A model generated the notes under the pieces. It saw only the letters and a program-made list of their open reading frames with translations, did not search any database and was not told the DNA's origin. A stretch of DNA of 37,909 nt from a virus, in the UHGV virus genome UHGV-0127965; one strand, 5' to 3'. Each line of letters opens with the position of its first letter. Within the stretch, counting starts at the first letter, position 1. This document shows, in pieces, positions 1-10,083 of the stretch. The translations under genes were made by a program, and so were the position numbers.

Positions 1-21
1 AGTCTCCGCAATTACACGCAA

Positions 22-43
22 GAAAAAACCGCCATCAGGCGGC
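22..43 (-). terminator. Rho-independent terminator closing the leftward early operon
   Basis: Minus-strand hairpin GCCGCC-TGAT-GGCGG followed by a T6 run, immediately after the stop of the 50-aa ORF. Confidence 0.6.
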
Positions 44-49
44 TTGGTG

Positions 50-202
50 TTATTTCAGTTCTTCAATTCGAATATTGGTTACGTCTGCATGTGCTATCTG
101 CGCCCACAGCATCCAGTGGTCATAGCAGTCGTTGATGTTCTCCGCTTCGATAACCCTGTTGAATGGCTCTCCATTCCATTCTCCTGTGACTCGGAAGTGC
201 AT
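50..202 (-). CDS. Hypothetical small protein, 50 aa (MHFRVTGEWNGEPFNRV...)
   Basis: Not in the supplied ORF track (below its size cut-off). ATG at 200-202 preceded by GGAG; the terminator follows directly. No family recognised. Confidence 0.35.
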   Translation of the reverse strand: MHFRVTGEWNGEPFNRVIEAENINDCYDHWMLWAQIAHADVTNIRIEELK

Positions 203-309
203 TTATCATCTCCATAAAACAAAACTCGCCGTAGCGAGTTCAGATAAAAGAAATCCCCGCGAGTGCGAGGATTGTTATTCACCTTTGACGGCAAGTTGCA
301 GGTTAGCCA

Positions 310-570
310 TTACCGCACCTCCAGTCTCCATACCGCCTGACCAATCCGGCTGGCATAGGTATCTTTGGATACTGCTCCGTCTTTAGCCAGCTCCATAAGA
401 ATTTTGCGCAAATCTGCCGAACGCCATTCCTCATCAGGAAATTCCTTCTCCATTGCCAACCGCAGATTCCAGGTTGCTATCGTGAATAGATATTCCCCGC
501 CGAGAGCTTTCTCTTGCAGGGCAGAACGGGAACGCATCACCTGCAAAACCTTCTCTTTTACATCCATCAT
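310..570 (-). CDS. Hypothetical early protein, 86 aa
   Basis: Internal ATG of track ORF 310..642 preceded by AGGAGG; its ATG overlaps the TGA of the upstream gene (ATGA coupling). Confidence 0.5.
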   Translation of the reverse strand: MMDVKEKVLQVMRSRSALQEKALGGEYLFTIATWNLRLAMEKEFPDEEWRSADLRKILMELAKDGAVSKDTYASRIGQAVWRLEVR

Positions 571-1364
571 TTTGCCTCCTGCGGCGGTTCCGGTAGCGGC
601 ATCCAGTGTGATGGTATCCACGACGCACCTGGAATTATCCACCCATCATTAGCGTCAGGATGCCCCGGGATGTAAGTCGCCCATTTCATTCGCCAGTCAC
701 CTTTCCTGTCAAACTCCCTGGCAACAAGAACGGCTGTTTTGGTATCCGGCATTCGCTCACTACAGCTTATCCAACCATCCGGAGTTACCGGAGAGCTGCC
801 ACCCTGAACAGTAGGCATATCCGGACCTTTGCGAATCGCCCTGGCAAGATCGATTGGGTCGTCGTACAACCAGTCACCTGTTTGCGGATGATTGGCTTCT
901 GCCAATTGTGCCGCCCATTCAAGGCCGTCTTTGTGACCTTGCAGATAGTCCAACGGCAACTCATCACGATTACTTACGGGTTCGGCCTGAAGCATGGCGG
1001 CGCGATAGGCGTTCCAGCCGACAGCTTTTCCGTGTTCAAACGCGCTGTCAAAGTCATCATCCATTTCCATCGCATCAGGCACAGATACCGGCGCTGGCGG
1101 GGCGGTGTAAAACTTCGTGCCAAGCGGCAACCGTTTCATCTTGCTAGCTCCCTTAATAATTCGGTGAGTTGATGCTCCACCGAGATCTACCATGCCGTCC
1201 ATAACTAGCCCATCACGCTGCTCGGAAACCTCACCCACAGGCTCCGCTTCGAGCGATGCCAGCGCGATACGCGCCAGCGAAGAAGCCTCACCGCATTGAA
1301 CGTGGTCAGTTTCGATAATTTGCTGTAACTGCTCTTTGGTTAATTCTTTGGTAATAGTGCTCAT
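567..1364 (-). CDS. Early-left protein with a DUF551-like C-terminal Trp-rich domain
   Basis: 265-aa ORF with GAGGG RBS; C-terminal W/GW/P-rich segment resembles DUF551 domains of enterobacterial prophages (from memory). Confidence 0.55.
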   Translation of the reverse strand: MSTITKELTKEQLQQIIETDHVQCGEASSLARIALASLEAEPVGEVSEQRDGLVMDGMVDLGGASTHRIIKGASKMKRLPLGTKFYTAPPAPVSVPDAMEMDDDFDSAFEHGKAVGWNAYRAAMLQAEPVSNRDELPLDYLQGHKDGLEWAAQLAEANHPQTGDWLYDDPIDLARAIRKGPDMPTVQGGSSPVTPDGWISCSERMPDTKTAVLVAREFDRKGDWRMKWATYIPGHPDANDGWIIPGASWIPSHWMPLPEPPQEAK

Positions 1365-1366
1365 GG

Positions 1367-1648
1367 TTATCCCTCACCCTGGATGGAATTCTTGCGGTTT
1401 GAACGACACACCAGCGCCCAAAAATTCATTTCGCAAATCAGCGCCGCCGTAGTTTCTGCCCGGCGACGAAATCCTAATTTGTTAGACTTTCCAACAGAGC
1501 GCTTACGCTGGCGCATTACCTTTCTCGTGTGCGCCGCCTGGACTTCCTGTTGTCGCTGCTTTGATGCGTAAACTCCCTTAGGCGGTACTTTTCGGGCCTG
1601 TTTTTGATAAGCAGTTAACAGGTCGTGTACGTCTGTAAATTTAGCCAT
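1367..1648 (-). CDS. Hypothetical basic protein, 93 aa
   Basis: ATG preceded by AGGAGAG; K/R-rich; tightly packed in the operon. Confidence 0.5.
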   Translation of the reverse strand: MAKFTDVHDLLTAYQKQARKVPPKGVYASKQRQQEVQAAHTRKVMRQRKRSVGKSNKLGFRRRAETTAALICEMNFWALVCRSNRKNSIQGEG

Positions 1649-1649
1649 T

Positions 1650-2189
1650 TCACTCTCCTTTACCGGCTACGGCGGCGCGCTCAGCCTCACTCTGCTCCCA
1701 GAACCACCGGTGAAGATTCATGAGTTCTTCGTCGAGAGGAGCATATTTACGGTCGAAATAGGCCTGCGCGTCCTTTTCGTCTTCGCTTGGCAACTCACCT
1801 GGTCCAAACAGTGTGTTATAAATCCATGCCAGCCCCTTTCTGGCTTCGCCAGTTCCTTGCCATTCGATTATTGCGGCCTGCATTACCAGAATGTTTTTAC
1901 CGATTAACAGGTCCAGTTCTTTGTGGCGGTTTCTGATGTATGCATTATCGCCTTCCAGTTCTGCAATGCGCTTCTCTGCGGCTTCCAGCGATGCCAGCAG
2001 CGCCAGCACGGTAGTGGGGTTTGCTGCGGAGTTCAGCGCGTTCAAGGCAGTGATATCTGCATCAAGCTGAGTTCCTTCTGCCAGTGAGATATCGAAAATG
2101 TCATCAGGCGGCATAACACTAAGGCGCTCATGTGCGCCAACTGCTGCCGCTGCGATTTCACGCAGCGCCTGTTTGTCGATGTTGCTCAT
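1650..2189 (-). CDS. Ead/Ea22-like protein
   Basis: N-terminal IDKQALREIAAAA motif typical of Ea22-like early proteins; AGGAGG RBS; ATGA overlap with the upstream gene. Confidence 0.6.
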   Translation of the reverse strand: MSNIDKQALREIAAAAVGAHERLSVMPPDDIFDISLAEGTQLDADITALNALNSAANPTTVLALLASLEAAEKRIAELEGDNAYIRNRHKELDLLIGKNILVMQAAIIEWQGTGEARKGLAWIYNTLFGPGELPSEDEKDAQAYFDRKYAPLDEELMNLHRWFWEQSEAERAAVAGKGE

Positions 2190-2830
2190 TGGGCGGCCTC
2201 CTTGCGAATCTGCTCCCTGAACAAGCGGGCTGAGACGATGATGTCTCTGATGCGTACTGATTTTTCGTCGAACTGCTCACCACTGTTTTTAATATGCGCA
2301 TCCAGTTCTGCACTGTGATGCTGGATGAAAGCGTTGAGGCACTGCGCACGCACTTCAGCCAGGAAAGCGTCGGTGGCTGGGGTTTTGTTATCTGACTCCA
2401 GCCACTGGTTGTAGTAATAATCGAACATGCCAGTAGGATAACCACATCCGCTGTGCACGTGGTCTTTCATAGCAGAACCACACATGCAGTAGTCATTGTC
2501 AGTATTACTAATGATGTCGATAAGTTGCTGTGTCCGTTGCTTCAACATCGCATTCTCCGCCGCCAGCGCCGAAAACTTCTCGTGTGCCAACTTAACAGCT
2601 GCATCAGCCTGCTTAATTGACTCAGTCGCTTTCTGGTGGTCTTCGGTCAGCCCTGCTAAATCAGCCTCCAGTTCGGCTAGGCGTTCATTTAATGCATCTC
2701 GTTCATCCAGTAGAGCCAGCACAACCTGAGGTGTGACTTTCATACGAAATGCCAGCAATTTTTGAGGCGTTGCTACTGTTTCAATTGCTACTGCTGCCTC
2801 ACGCAGTACCTGATAGTCAATCTTGCTCAC
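2186..2830 (-). CDS. Ead/Ea22-like protein (GTG start, about 214 aa)
   Basis: Track ORF 2186..2851 begins at a GTG with no RBS; the in-frame GTG at 2828-2830 has an AAGGAGG RBS and gives an [13 protein letters not shown]-terminus. Confidence 0.55.
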   Translation of the reverse strand: MSKIDYQVLREAAVAIETVATPQKLLAFRMKVTPQVVLALLDERDALNERLAELEADLAGLTEDHQKATESIKQADAAVKLAHEKFSALAAENAMLKQRTQQLIDIISNTDNDYCMCGSAMKDHVHSGCGYPTGMFDYYYNQWLESDNKTPATDAFLAEVRAQCLNAFIQHHSAELDAHIKNSGEQFDEKSVRIRDIIVSARLFREQIRKEAAQ

Positions 2831-2994
2831 TGGTTGCCTCCTTTGCGCCACATAGCATTCAGATATTTGTTTTGATTCACTGATGGAAAAGAATTTATCT
2901 TAAGCAATTCCTCTCTCGATGGCATTGGCTTTACGCGTTGGCGAATAATCATTTCTGCCGGAAGAATGCCGGGATTGTATGCAATTCCTCTCAT
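2827..2994 (-). CDS. Hypothetical small protein, 55 aa
   Basis: Internal ATG of track ORF 2827..3027 with a GAGGAA RBS; the upstream ATGs lack an RBS. Confidence 0.4.
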   Translation of the reverse strand: MRGIAYNPGILPAEMIIRQRVKPMPSREELLKINSFPSVNQNKYLNAMWRKGGNQ

Positions 2995-3004
2995 TGTAAA
3001 TTCC

Positions 3005-3301
3005 TCAGTCATTACTGATAGCGCCATAGCGTGAGCGGTAATTACGCAGGCGCGGGTCGATATATTCAGGGAAGTGGGTATATGTGGCTTTGCGTAATGG
3101 TCGGATTGATGTTTCGTTTATTCGGTCTTTTTCCTGTTTTTCTGCGAGTTGTATATCGCGTCGGTACTTCCGTTCTGCTTTTGTTTCTGGTGGCAGAGCA
3201 AGAAACGCGCCGAGATTATTCTTGATACTTTCCAGCACCTCCGATACGGAATTGCCGGAACAGCGGCGCGGGTCATCCGCACCATACAGAGGCGCTGGCA
3301 T
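3005..3301 (-). CDS. Hypothetical protein, 98 aa
   Basis: ATG with AGGAG RBS; in the early operon. Confidence 0.5.
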   Translation of the reverse strand: MPAPLYGADDPRRCSGNSVSEVLESIKNNLGAFLALPPETKAERKYRRDIQLAEKQEKDRINETSIRPLRKATYTHFPEYIDPRLRNYRSRYGAISND

Positions 3302-3314
3302 GATTTTCTCCTGA

Positions 3315-3794
3315 TTAAATTGCGTGAATAGCGTGACGAGGGAAGGGGAGAGTTACTGGCTCCTCGTCTGGGTAGATAGGTTTGTTATGTTTGTGCCACT
3401 CGACATGACATGACTTGCAGAGCCACATCACATCGGTTGGTTTACTGTAGTCGCAGTGGTGCGCCTGTGGTTTACATTCTGATCCGCAGCACTCACATTG
3501 TGGTGGTCGGATTAGCTTACCGTCGCGCAAAAAATTACCCACAATGATGTGGGCTTTTCTTTTCCATGGGTTGCTCTGAATGAACCGATTTTTGGCTGCG
3601 TTACACCGTTCTCTTCCGCGTTCCGATGATTGATATTCTCTCCTTGCTGATACTCGATGTGGCAATCCAGCGCGTTCTTTGTCGTATTCAGCCAGGCAAG
3701 CCCGGCAAGCGGCAGTTAATCCATCTCTGGATGCTCTTCTGATTTGAAAGTCCCTTTCTTCCTTCTGTTGATGGCATCTTGAGCAGATTTTCAT
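3315..3794 (-). CDS. HNH endonuclease with N-terminal CxxC zinc finger
   Basis: C-terminal CECCG...AHHCDY...WLCKSCHVEWH fits the HNH motif (C-X2-C, HH, C-X2-C-H); AGGAG RBS. Confidence 0.7.
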   Translation of the reverse strand: MKICSRCHQQKEERDFQIRRASRDGLTAACRACLAEYDKERAGLPHRVSARREYQSSERGRERCNAAKNRFIQSNPWKRKAHIIVGNFLRDGKLIRPPQCECCGSECKPQAHHCDYSKPTDVMWLCKSCHVEWHKHNKPIYPDEEPVTLPFPRHAIHAI

Positions 3795-3803
3795 ATTCAG
3801 CTC

Positions 3804-4277
3804 CTAGAACGGAATATCCGAATCGTCGAAGTTCATAGGTGGTTCGCTGTGATCCCCCTGCTGCTGAGGTTGCTGTCTTTGTTGCTGACCGCTATTTCGC
3901 TGAGGAGAAGACTGTTCATTGCCTCCTTGCTTGCCACCAAGCATTTGCATGGTTCCACCAACGCCCACGATGACTTCGGTAGTGAACCGATCCTGTCCGC
4001 TTTGATCCTGCCATTTTCTTGTCCGCAATTTGCCTTCAAGATAAACCTCAGAGCCTTTTCGCAGATATTCGCTGGCAATTTCTGCCAGTTTCCCGCTCAT
4101 TACCACACGGTGCCACTCCGTCTGCTCCTTTTGCTCTCCAGTTTGCTTATCACGCCATTGTTCTGACGTAGCAACTGTAAGGTTTGCAAATGCCGTTCCT
4201 GATGGTGAATATCTGATTTCTGGATCATGCCCAAGGCGACCAATAATGATCACCTTATTTATCCCGCGAGAACTCAT
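3804..4277 (-). CDS. ssb: Single-stranded DNA-binding protein
   Basis: [18 protein letters not shown]-fold N-terminus, Gln/Gly-rich linker and acidic DDSDIPF tail; start taken at the ATG with a GAGGTGGAG RBS rather than the track's upstream GTG. Confidence 0.9.
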   Translation of the reverse strand: MSSRGINKVIIIGRLGHDPEIRYSPSGTAFANLTVATSEQWRDKQTGEQKEQTEWHRVVMSGKLAEIASEYLRKGSEVYLEGKLRTRKWQDQSGQDRFTTEVIVGVGGTMQMLGGKQGGNEQSSPQRNSGQQQRQQPQQQGDHSEPPMNFDDSDIPF

Positions 4278-4741
4278 TTGCTCCACCTCTTGCCAGTTTT
4301 TATGTTGCTTATAATTGATTGAGATACACCCATGTCTTTTGCTATCTTGTACTGACTCTCTTTTTCAGAGAGTCTTTTCCTAATTTCTATAACCTGCCAC
4401 TCTGTTAATTTTGCACCATGATGAGCATGACCTTTTTTGGCTCCACGATGCCTTCCTTTTGCTATCTTGTCGTCCATGTTTTCTTGCGCGCTACCTAAAA
4501 AGAGATGTTCAGGATTAACGCAGCATGGGTTATCGCATTTGTGGCAAACCATCTTCCCAGATGGGATGGGGGAGTGATAAAGCTCAAAAGCAACCCGATG
4601 AGAAAGCATTGTTACGCCAAAGGCTACAAATTTTGTGTATCCTCCTTTGTTTTTTGAATAGGTAGACTCCCAGCAACCTGTTGTTTCATTAACTTTGTAG
4701 CTGGACTCGAATCTTTTAATAATTCCGTCCAAGTGAGACAT
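4274..4741 (-). CDS. HNH homing-type endonuclease (HNH_3-like with C-terminal HTH)
   Basis: [18 protein letters not shown]...N HNH core; abuts the recombinase stop and the ssb start with no intergenic spacer. Confidence 0.75.
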   Translation of the reverse strand: MSHLDGIIKRFESSYKVNETTGCWESTYSKNKGGYTKFVAFGVTMLSHRVAFELYHSPIPSGKMVCHKCDNPCCVNPEHLFLGSAQENMDDKIAKGRHRGAKKGHAHHGAKLTEWQVIEIRKRLSEKESQYKIAKDMGVSQSIISNIKTGKRWSK

Positions 4742-5449
4742 TTATGCCGCCTGTTTTAGTTCGTTAACTCTGATGCTCATTACCTGAACGCATTTAGCCT
4801 GCGCCTCCTCGTTGCCAGCCATTAATTGCCAGTCACGCTGATAACGCTCGATGAGTTTTTTCTTGTCAGTTTCTGTTGACGCATAATCGCTGAAGTCTTT
4901 CAGGATTTGTTCGCAGTCAACCGATGGAGATTTCTGGTTGATATTTTCTGGTGATGGTTTGTTATCTGATGCTGGGATTGCCCATCCCGGAAGCGATGGA
5001 GGGAGCCAGTAAAATCCTGTTCCATCTTTCAGTTTTGCCCTGTGCCATCCCTGCTTTTTATCGAGAGATGTTTGTGCGAAACCTTCCTCAAGGTTATACA
5101 GATACCGACCGATTCCCCACTGAACGGCAGCGCGCTTCATTGCACCGGAACGACCACCTTTGACGGCTTCTACCTGCGTGTTTTCAGCAGCATCCCATTT
5201 GGTTACCCATTCGGAATCAATCTTGATTGATATGCCGCATTCAACTCCGCCGTTGTTGGGAATATCGCGGTATTCATTGCGCCATCCTGCTTTGCCGCAA
5301 ACATCGTCCAGGCGTTTCATGATTGCCCGGTTCGTGACATAAGCCAGCACCATAGCCCACACCTTGCCATCGCGTGTTTTACCGCTTTGCTGTATTCGCC
5401 ATTCGATATCTTCAGGGCTGAATGGCTCATCGAATTTATTCAAATCCAT
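4742..5449 (-). CDS. Rad52/22-family single-strand annealing protein (Sak-like recombinase)
   Basis: 235 aa; resembles Rad52-like recombinases of enterobacterial prophages (from memory); sits where lambda bet or P22 erf would be; GAGGTG RBS. Confidence 0.65.
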   Translation of the reverse strand: MDLNKFDEPFSPEDIEWRIQQSGKTRDGKVWAMVLAYVTNRAIMKRLDDVCGKAGWRNEYRDIPNNGGVECGISIKIDSEWVTKWDAAENTQVEAVKGGRSGAMKRAAVQWGIGRYLYNLEEGFAQTSLDKKQGWHRAKLKDGTGFYWLPPSLPGWAIPASDNKPSPENINQKSPSVDCEQILKDFSDYASTETDKKKLIERYQRDWQLMAGNEEAQAKCVQVMSIRVNELKQAA

Positions 5450-5457
5450 AATTCACC

Positions 5458-5646
5458 TCAGAATGGTAATTCGGATGGGGAGGAAAGAAATTCGCGCTCA
5501 TTCATGCGCTCTCTTTGTGCTTGCCATAAACAAAGTTGTTTCTTTGATTTATCTCCCGCTTTACGCCAGTAACGAGCCTCAGCAATGTGATATTCTCTTT
5601 TTAATCGACTTAACTCTGGAGTTTTCGCCAGCTCTACCGGAATCAT
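5458..5646 (-). CDS. Hypothetical small protein, 62 aa
   Basis: ORF whose ATG overlaps the stop of the Kil-like gene; function unknown (positional analogue of P22 arf). Confidence 0.4.
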   Translation of the reverse strand: MIPVELAKTPELSRLKREYHIAEARYWRKAGDKSKKQLCLWQAQRERMNEREFLSSPSELPF

Positions 5647-5756
5647 TTAGACCTCCATTTTCTGTAGGCTTCGACGGCCTCACGAAACATCTTTTCATCG
5701 CCAATAAAAGTGGCGATAGTGAATTTAGTCTGAATAGCCATAAGTGTTTTATCCAT
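5643..5756 (-). CDS. kil: Kil-like host-killing peptide, 37 aa
   Basis: Not in the ORF track. MDKTLMAIQTKFTIATFIGDEKMFREAVEAYRKW matches my memory of lambda Kil; AGGAG RBS. Confidence 0.65.
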   Translation of the reverse strand: MDKTLMAIQTKFTIATFIGDEKMFREAVEAYRKWRSK

Positions 5757-5895
5757 TTTTTGGAACTCCTAGCTGATTAAGTACGTCGATGAGTCGTTTC
5801 CATCCGTCACGTAATTTACGGGTGATTCGTTCAAGTAAAGATTCATTTAATTGGAAGGCACCCATGCGAGCGCCTCCCGCGATTGCGTAAATCAT
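5749..5895 (-). CDS. cIII: cIII-like protease inhibitor, 48 aa
   Basis: Not in the ORF track. Core ESLLERITRKLRDGWKRLIDVLNQLGVPKNG closely matches lambda CIII. Confidence 0.8.
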   Translation of the reverse strand: MIYAIAGGARMGAFQLNESLLERITRKLRDGWKRLIDVLNQLGVPKNG

Positions 5896-5919
5896 GGGTG
5901 GTTCCTTATGTTGGTTTTA

Positions 5920-6888
5920 TTAGTAGGTTATTTTTGTTGCGAATACTTCGCCTTTTACGATGGCTATTATGATATTTTTAGCAACATCTTCTGATGCGCC
6001 AACCTTGATAAGGTCAGCAAGTATTTTGTTATTTACTTCTTTCCGGTGAGCTTTATCCTTTGCTCTACACTCTTCTTCTTCCTTGATTCTTTTTTCTTCT
6101 GCTATTCTGGCTTGCTCTTTTGCTTCAGCCTCGCGCCGGATTCGTTCAGCCTCCTCCTGTGCTTTTCGGCGTTCTGCTTCAATTGCCGCCTGCTTTTCTC
6201 TTTCAGCTCGTTCTGCTGCCTCTTTTGCTTCGCGCTGTGCTCGTTGCTCGGCTTCAATGCGTTCACGCTCTGCACGTTCCGCTGCGGCCTTAGCTTCTGC
6301 TTCTCGCCTTGCTGCTGCTTCAATTTCGGCTTTTGCCTTTGCTTCGGCTTCAGCTCTGGCTTTCTCTTCAGCTTCTCTTTTTAAGCGTTCTTCATGCTCT
6401 CGCTTTTCCTGCTCAGCTTTGAGTCTTGCCTCTTCTCTTTGGCGGTCAAATTCGCGATCCATCAAAATCGCTATTTCATGGTCAGACTCAATTTGCTTTG
6501 CGAGAGCTTCAGCTGCTGCCTTAGCTTCTTCTTCGGCTTTAATCCGCGCCTGTTCTTCCTCATAATCAGTAAGAGGCTGGCGCGCCTTGGCTTTCAGTTC
6601 ATCAAGGCGATCACGCACTGTCTTGCGGTTGGCATCAATTAGCTTTGGAATTTCCTTAAGTTCAGCAACAAGGTCTTTGCCAAGACCATCGAGATATGTT
6701 TTCGTCTGCGCAACTTTATACGCCAGAGAAGCGATCTCCTTTCTGCCCTTTGCCGTTGTGATATCAGGCACAAAGGACATAACTTCACGTTCAACCTTTT
6801 GAAGGATTTCTTCAATCTGGTCGGCAGACTGAAATACAGTCATTGCATTTGCTTTTTCAATAACAACTAAATCTGTTACTTCACTCAT
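5920..6888 (-). CDS. Coiled-coil protein with long E/A/K/R low-complexity repeat, 322 aa
   Basis: GGAGG RBS; structured N-terminal 100 aa then about 180 aa of AEAKA/EEKAR repeats; function unknown. Confidence 0.6.
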   Translation of the reverse strand: MSEVTDLVVIEKANAMTVFQSADQIEEILQKVEREVMSFVPDITTAKGRKEIASLAYKVAQTKTYLDGLGKDLVAELKEIPKLIDANRKTVRDRLDELKAKARQPLTDYEEEQARIKAEEEAKAAAEALAKQIESDHEIAILMDREFDRQREEARLKAEQEKREHEERLKREAEEKARAEAEAKAKAEIEAAARREAEAKAAAERAERERIEAEQRAQREAKEAAERAEREKQAAIEAERRKAQEEAERIRREAEAKEQARIAEEKRIKEEEECRAKDKAHRKEVNNKILADLIKVGASEDVAKNIIIAIVKGEVFATKITY

Positions 6889-6900
6889 ATATCCTCCATC

Positions 6901-6927
6901 AAAAAAATTGCCCTCACATTAGAGGGC
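6901..6927 (-). terminator. tL1-like intrinsic terminator inside the pL operon
   Basis: Minus-strand hairpin GCCCTC-N6-GAGGGC followed by AAT7; lies after the first post-N gene and before the rest of the operon, consistent with N-dependent readthrough. Confidence 0.6.
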
Positions 6928-7031
6928 AAAGAAGATTTCCAATAATCAGAACAAGTCGGCTCCTGTTTAGTTACGAGCGACATTGCTCCGTGTATTCACT
7001 CGTTGGAATGAATACACAGTGCTTATTTGTA

Positions 7032-7502
7032 CTAATAAAATACCCAATTTTCTGTTTCTTGGTTGTGTCCAAAGTTATATTCAATATCTGGTGTTGATGT
7101 ATCAATATTCTTCATCCCATCAACAAGAGTTGATACAACAGCCAAATCTTGTTTGATTCTCATTAAATGGTATTTCTTCCGGCGCAATAAACTTTCAATG
7201 GCAAGTTTCTTCGTTGGGAATGCAAAAGATCTTTCTGCATTTTTTGCTACTTTCTTAATTGCATATCTATTTCTCTTTTGTTTCCATTCCTGTAACCACT
7301 GATTTGGTGCTGGTTTAAAATTAACAATCCAATGCGCAGGAACCAACCATGCATAATGCTCTGTCTGATGAAAAGCTATATATTGAAGTGCGAATATTTT
7401 GATTCCATCTTCTTCAACTGTCGCCTGGAATCTCCAGAAAACAGGCATTCCATCATGTTCAGTTTCTGATTCAGGAAAAGGTACGCTCCATGATTTTGTC
7501 AT
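7032..7502 (-). CDS. Hypothetical AT-rich cargo protein, 156 aa
   Basis: GAGGTGAG RBS; markedly AT-rich compared with neighbours; sits where lambda ral/sieB lie; no family recognised. Confidence 0.55.
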   Translation of the reverse strand: MTKSWSVPFPESETEHDGMPVFWRFQATVEEDGIKIFALQYIAFHQTEHYAWLVPAHWIVNFKPAPNQWLQEWKQKRNRYAIKKVAKNAERSFAFPTKKLAIESLLRRKKYHLMRIKQDLAVVSTLVDGMKNIDTSTPDIEYNFGHNQETENWVFY

Positions 7503-7510
7503 ATCTCACC

Positions 7511-7837
7511 TCAAATAAGTGGCTTGCTGCCTAATTTCATTTTCTGGCGACCAACACAAGTCACACCCATTTCACTGCGTGGCTTGCTGTACCATGTGCG
7601 CTGATTCTTGCGCTCAATACGTTGCAGGTTGCTTTCAATCTGTTCGTGGTATTCAGCCAGCACCGTAAGGTCTATCGGATTCAGTGCGCTTTCTACTCGT
7701 GATTTCGGTTTGTGATTCAGCGAGAGAATAGGGCGGTTAACTGGTTTTGCGCTTACCCCAACCAACAGGGGATTTGCTGCTTTCCATTGAGCCTGTTTCT
7801 CTGCGCGACGTTCGCGGCGGCGTGTTTGTGCATCCAT
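7511..7837 (-). CDS. N: Antitermination protein N (lambda type)
   Basis: MDAQTRRRERRAEKQAQWKAANPLLVGVSAKPVNRPILSL... is essentially lambda N, including the arginine-rich boxB-binding motif. Confidence 0.95.
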   Translation of the reverse strand: MDAQTRRRERRAEKQAQWKAANPLLVGVSAKPVNRPILSLNHKPKSRVESALNPIDLTVLAEYHEQIESNLQRIERKNQRTWYSKPRSEMGVTCVGRQKMKLGSKPLI

Positions 7838-8105
7838 CTGGATTCTCCTGTCAGTTAGCTTTGGTGGTGTGGTGGCTGGTAGTCTAGCTCCAGCTTGTTG
7901 AGTCTCATTCGGAGGGGTATAACCGGCACCCCAGCGATTTTTCCATGCGACAACGTGCGCGTTATGGCGGCCTTATCGCCCGCGGCTCCCCATCTCGTCC
8001 ACGCTATTGCTAGCGTTGGGAGCGCTTCACCGCTCAACAGTAGGTAAGCACTTGCCAGTGACTAGCTGGCTTCACCACACCCCAAAGCCTTCTGCTTTGA
8101 ATGCT

Positions 8106-8136
8106 GCCCTTCTTCAGGGCTAAATTTTTAAGAGCC
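8106..8136 (-). promoter_or_regulatory. nutL (boxB plus boxA-like)
   Basis: Reverse complement gives GCCCTGAAGAAGGGC (lambda nutL boxB) and GGCTCTTAA, one mismatch from boxA CGCTCTTA; flanking sequence matches the lambda N leader. Confidence 0.85.
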
Positions 8137-8174
8137 TCACCTTCATGGTGGTTAGTGCGTCCTGCTGATGGCTT

Positions 8175-8250
8175 AAAATTACAAGAAAGATTGTATGTTG
8201 TAAACAAGAAAAATTGTAAAAAGAGGCGTGAAAAACAAACTCCGTTGTTT
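8175..8250 (-). promoter_or_regulatory. pL promoter with 434-type oL operators
   Basis: Three ACAA-N6-TTGT sites (8181-8194, 8204-8217, 8235-8248); minus-strand -35 TTTACA and -10 TAATTT overlap them. Confidence 0.6.
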
Positions 8251-8298
8251 TTAAACGGAAAATAGTTTGTTTTTTGGTTATCGAGATTGAGGTGGGGA

Positions 8299-9651
<1,353 letters not shown>

Positions 9652-9659
9652 GACATTCC

Positions 9660-9691
9660 CGCTCTTACACATCCCAGCCCTGAAAAAGGGC
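9660..9691 (+). promoter_or_regulatory. nutR (boxA and boxB)
   Basis: CGCTCTTA (9660-9667) and GCCCTGAAAAAGGGC (9677-9691), as in lambda nutR. Confidence 0.85.
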
Positions 9692-9770
9692 ATCAAATTA
9701 AACCACACCTATGGTGTATGCATTTATTTGCATACATTCAATCAATTGTTATCTAAGGAAATACTTACAT

Positions 9771-10049
9771 ATGCAACTTACAAGTACTCGCAAGAAAGCG
9801 AATGCAATTACAAGCAACATCCTGAATCGAATTGCTGTACGTGGTCAGCGAAAGGTTGCCGACGCGTTAGGGATTAATGAATCGCAAATTTCGCGATGGA
9901 AAGACAGCTTTATCCCAAAGATGGCCATGCTTCTGGCTGTTCTTGAATGGGGAGTTGTTGATGATGAGATGGCGAGACTTGCTCAGCAGGTGGCATCGAT
10001 TCTCACAAAAGAAAAACGCCCAGCTGTTGGTAGCAGTCTGGACGCTTAA
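9771..10049 (+). CDS. cII: CII-like transcriptional activator, 92 aa
   Basis: ...ESQISRWKDSFIPKMAMLLAVLEWGVVDDEMARLA resembles lambda CII; internal ATG of track ORF 9711..10049. Confidence 0.8.
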   Translation: MQLTSTRKKANAITSNILNRIAVRGQRKVADALGINESQISRWKDSFIPKMAMLLAVLEWGVVDDEMARLAQQVASILTKEKRPAVGSSLDA

Positions 10050-10083
10050 GCACACTGTGTTACGCCAAGTAACAGGAGTAATT

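Noticed and set aside
94-294. 66-aa minus-strand ORF from the track
   Set aside because: No RBS; a different frame in the same interval (50..202) has an RBS and ends at the terminator, so that one was preferred, though still with low confidence.
6046-6565. Plus-strand ORFs (112, 160 and 73 aa) rich in Ser/Ala/Phe/Cys repeats
   Set aside because: They are antisense to the coiled-coil gene and are artefacts of its low-complexity repeat DNA; no RBS, and the whole operon runs on the minus strand.
7855-8037. 60-aa minus-strand ORF inside the N leader
   Set aside because: Begins at a TTG with no RBS and lies in a region better explained as structured leader RNA.
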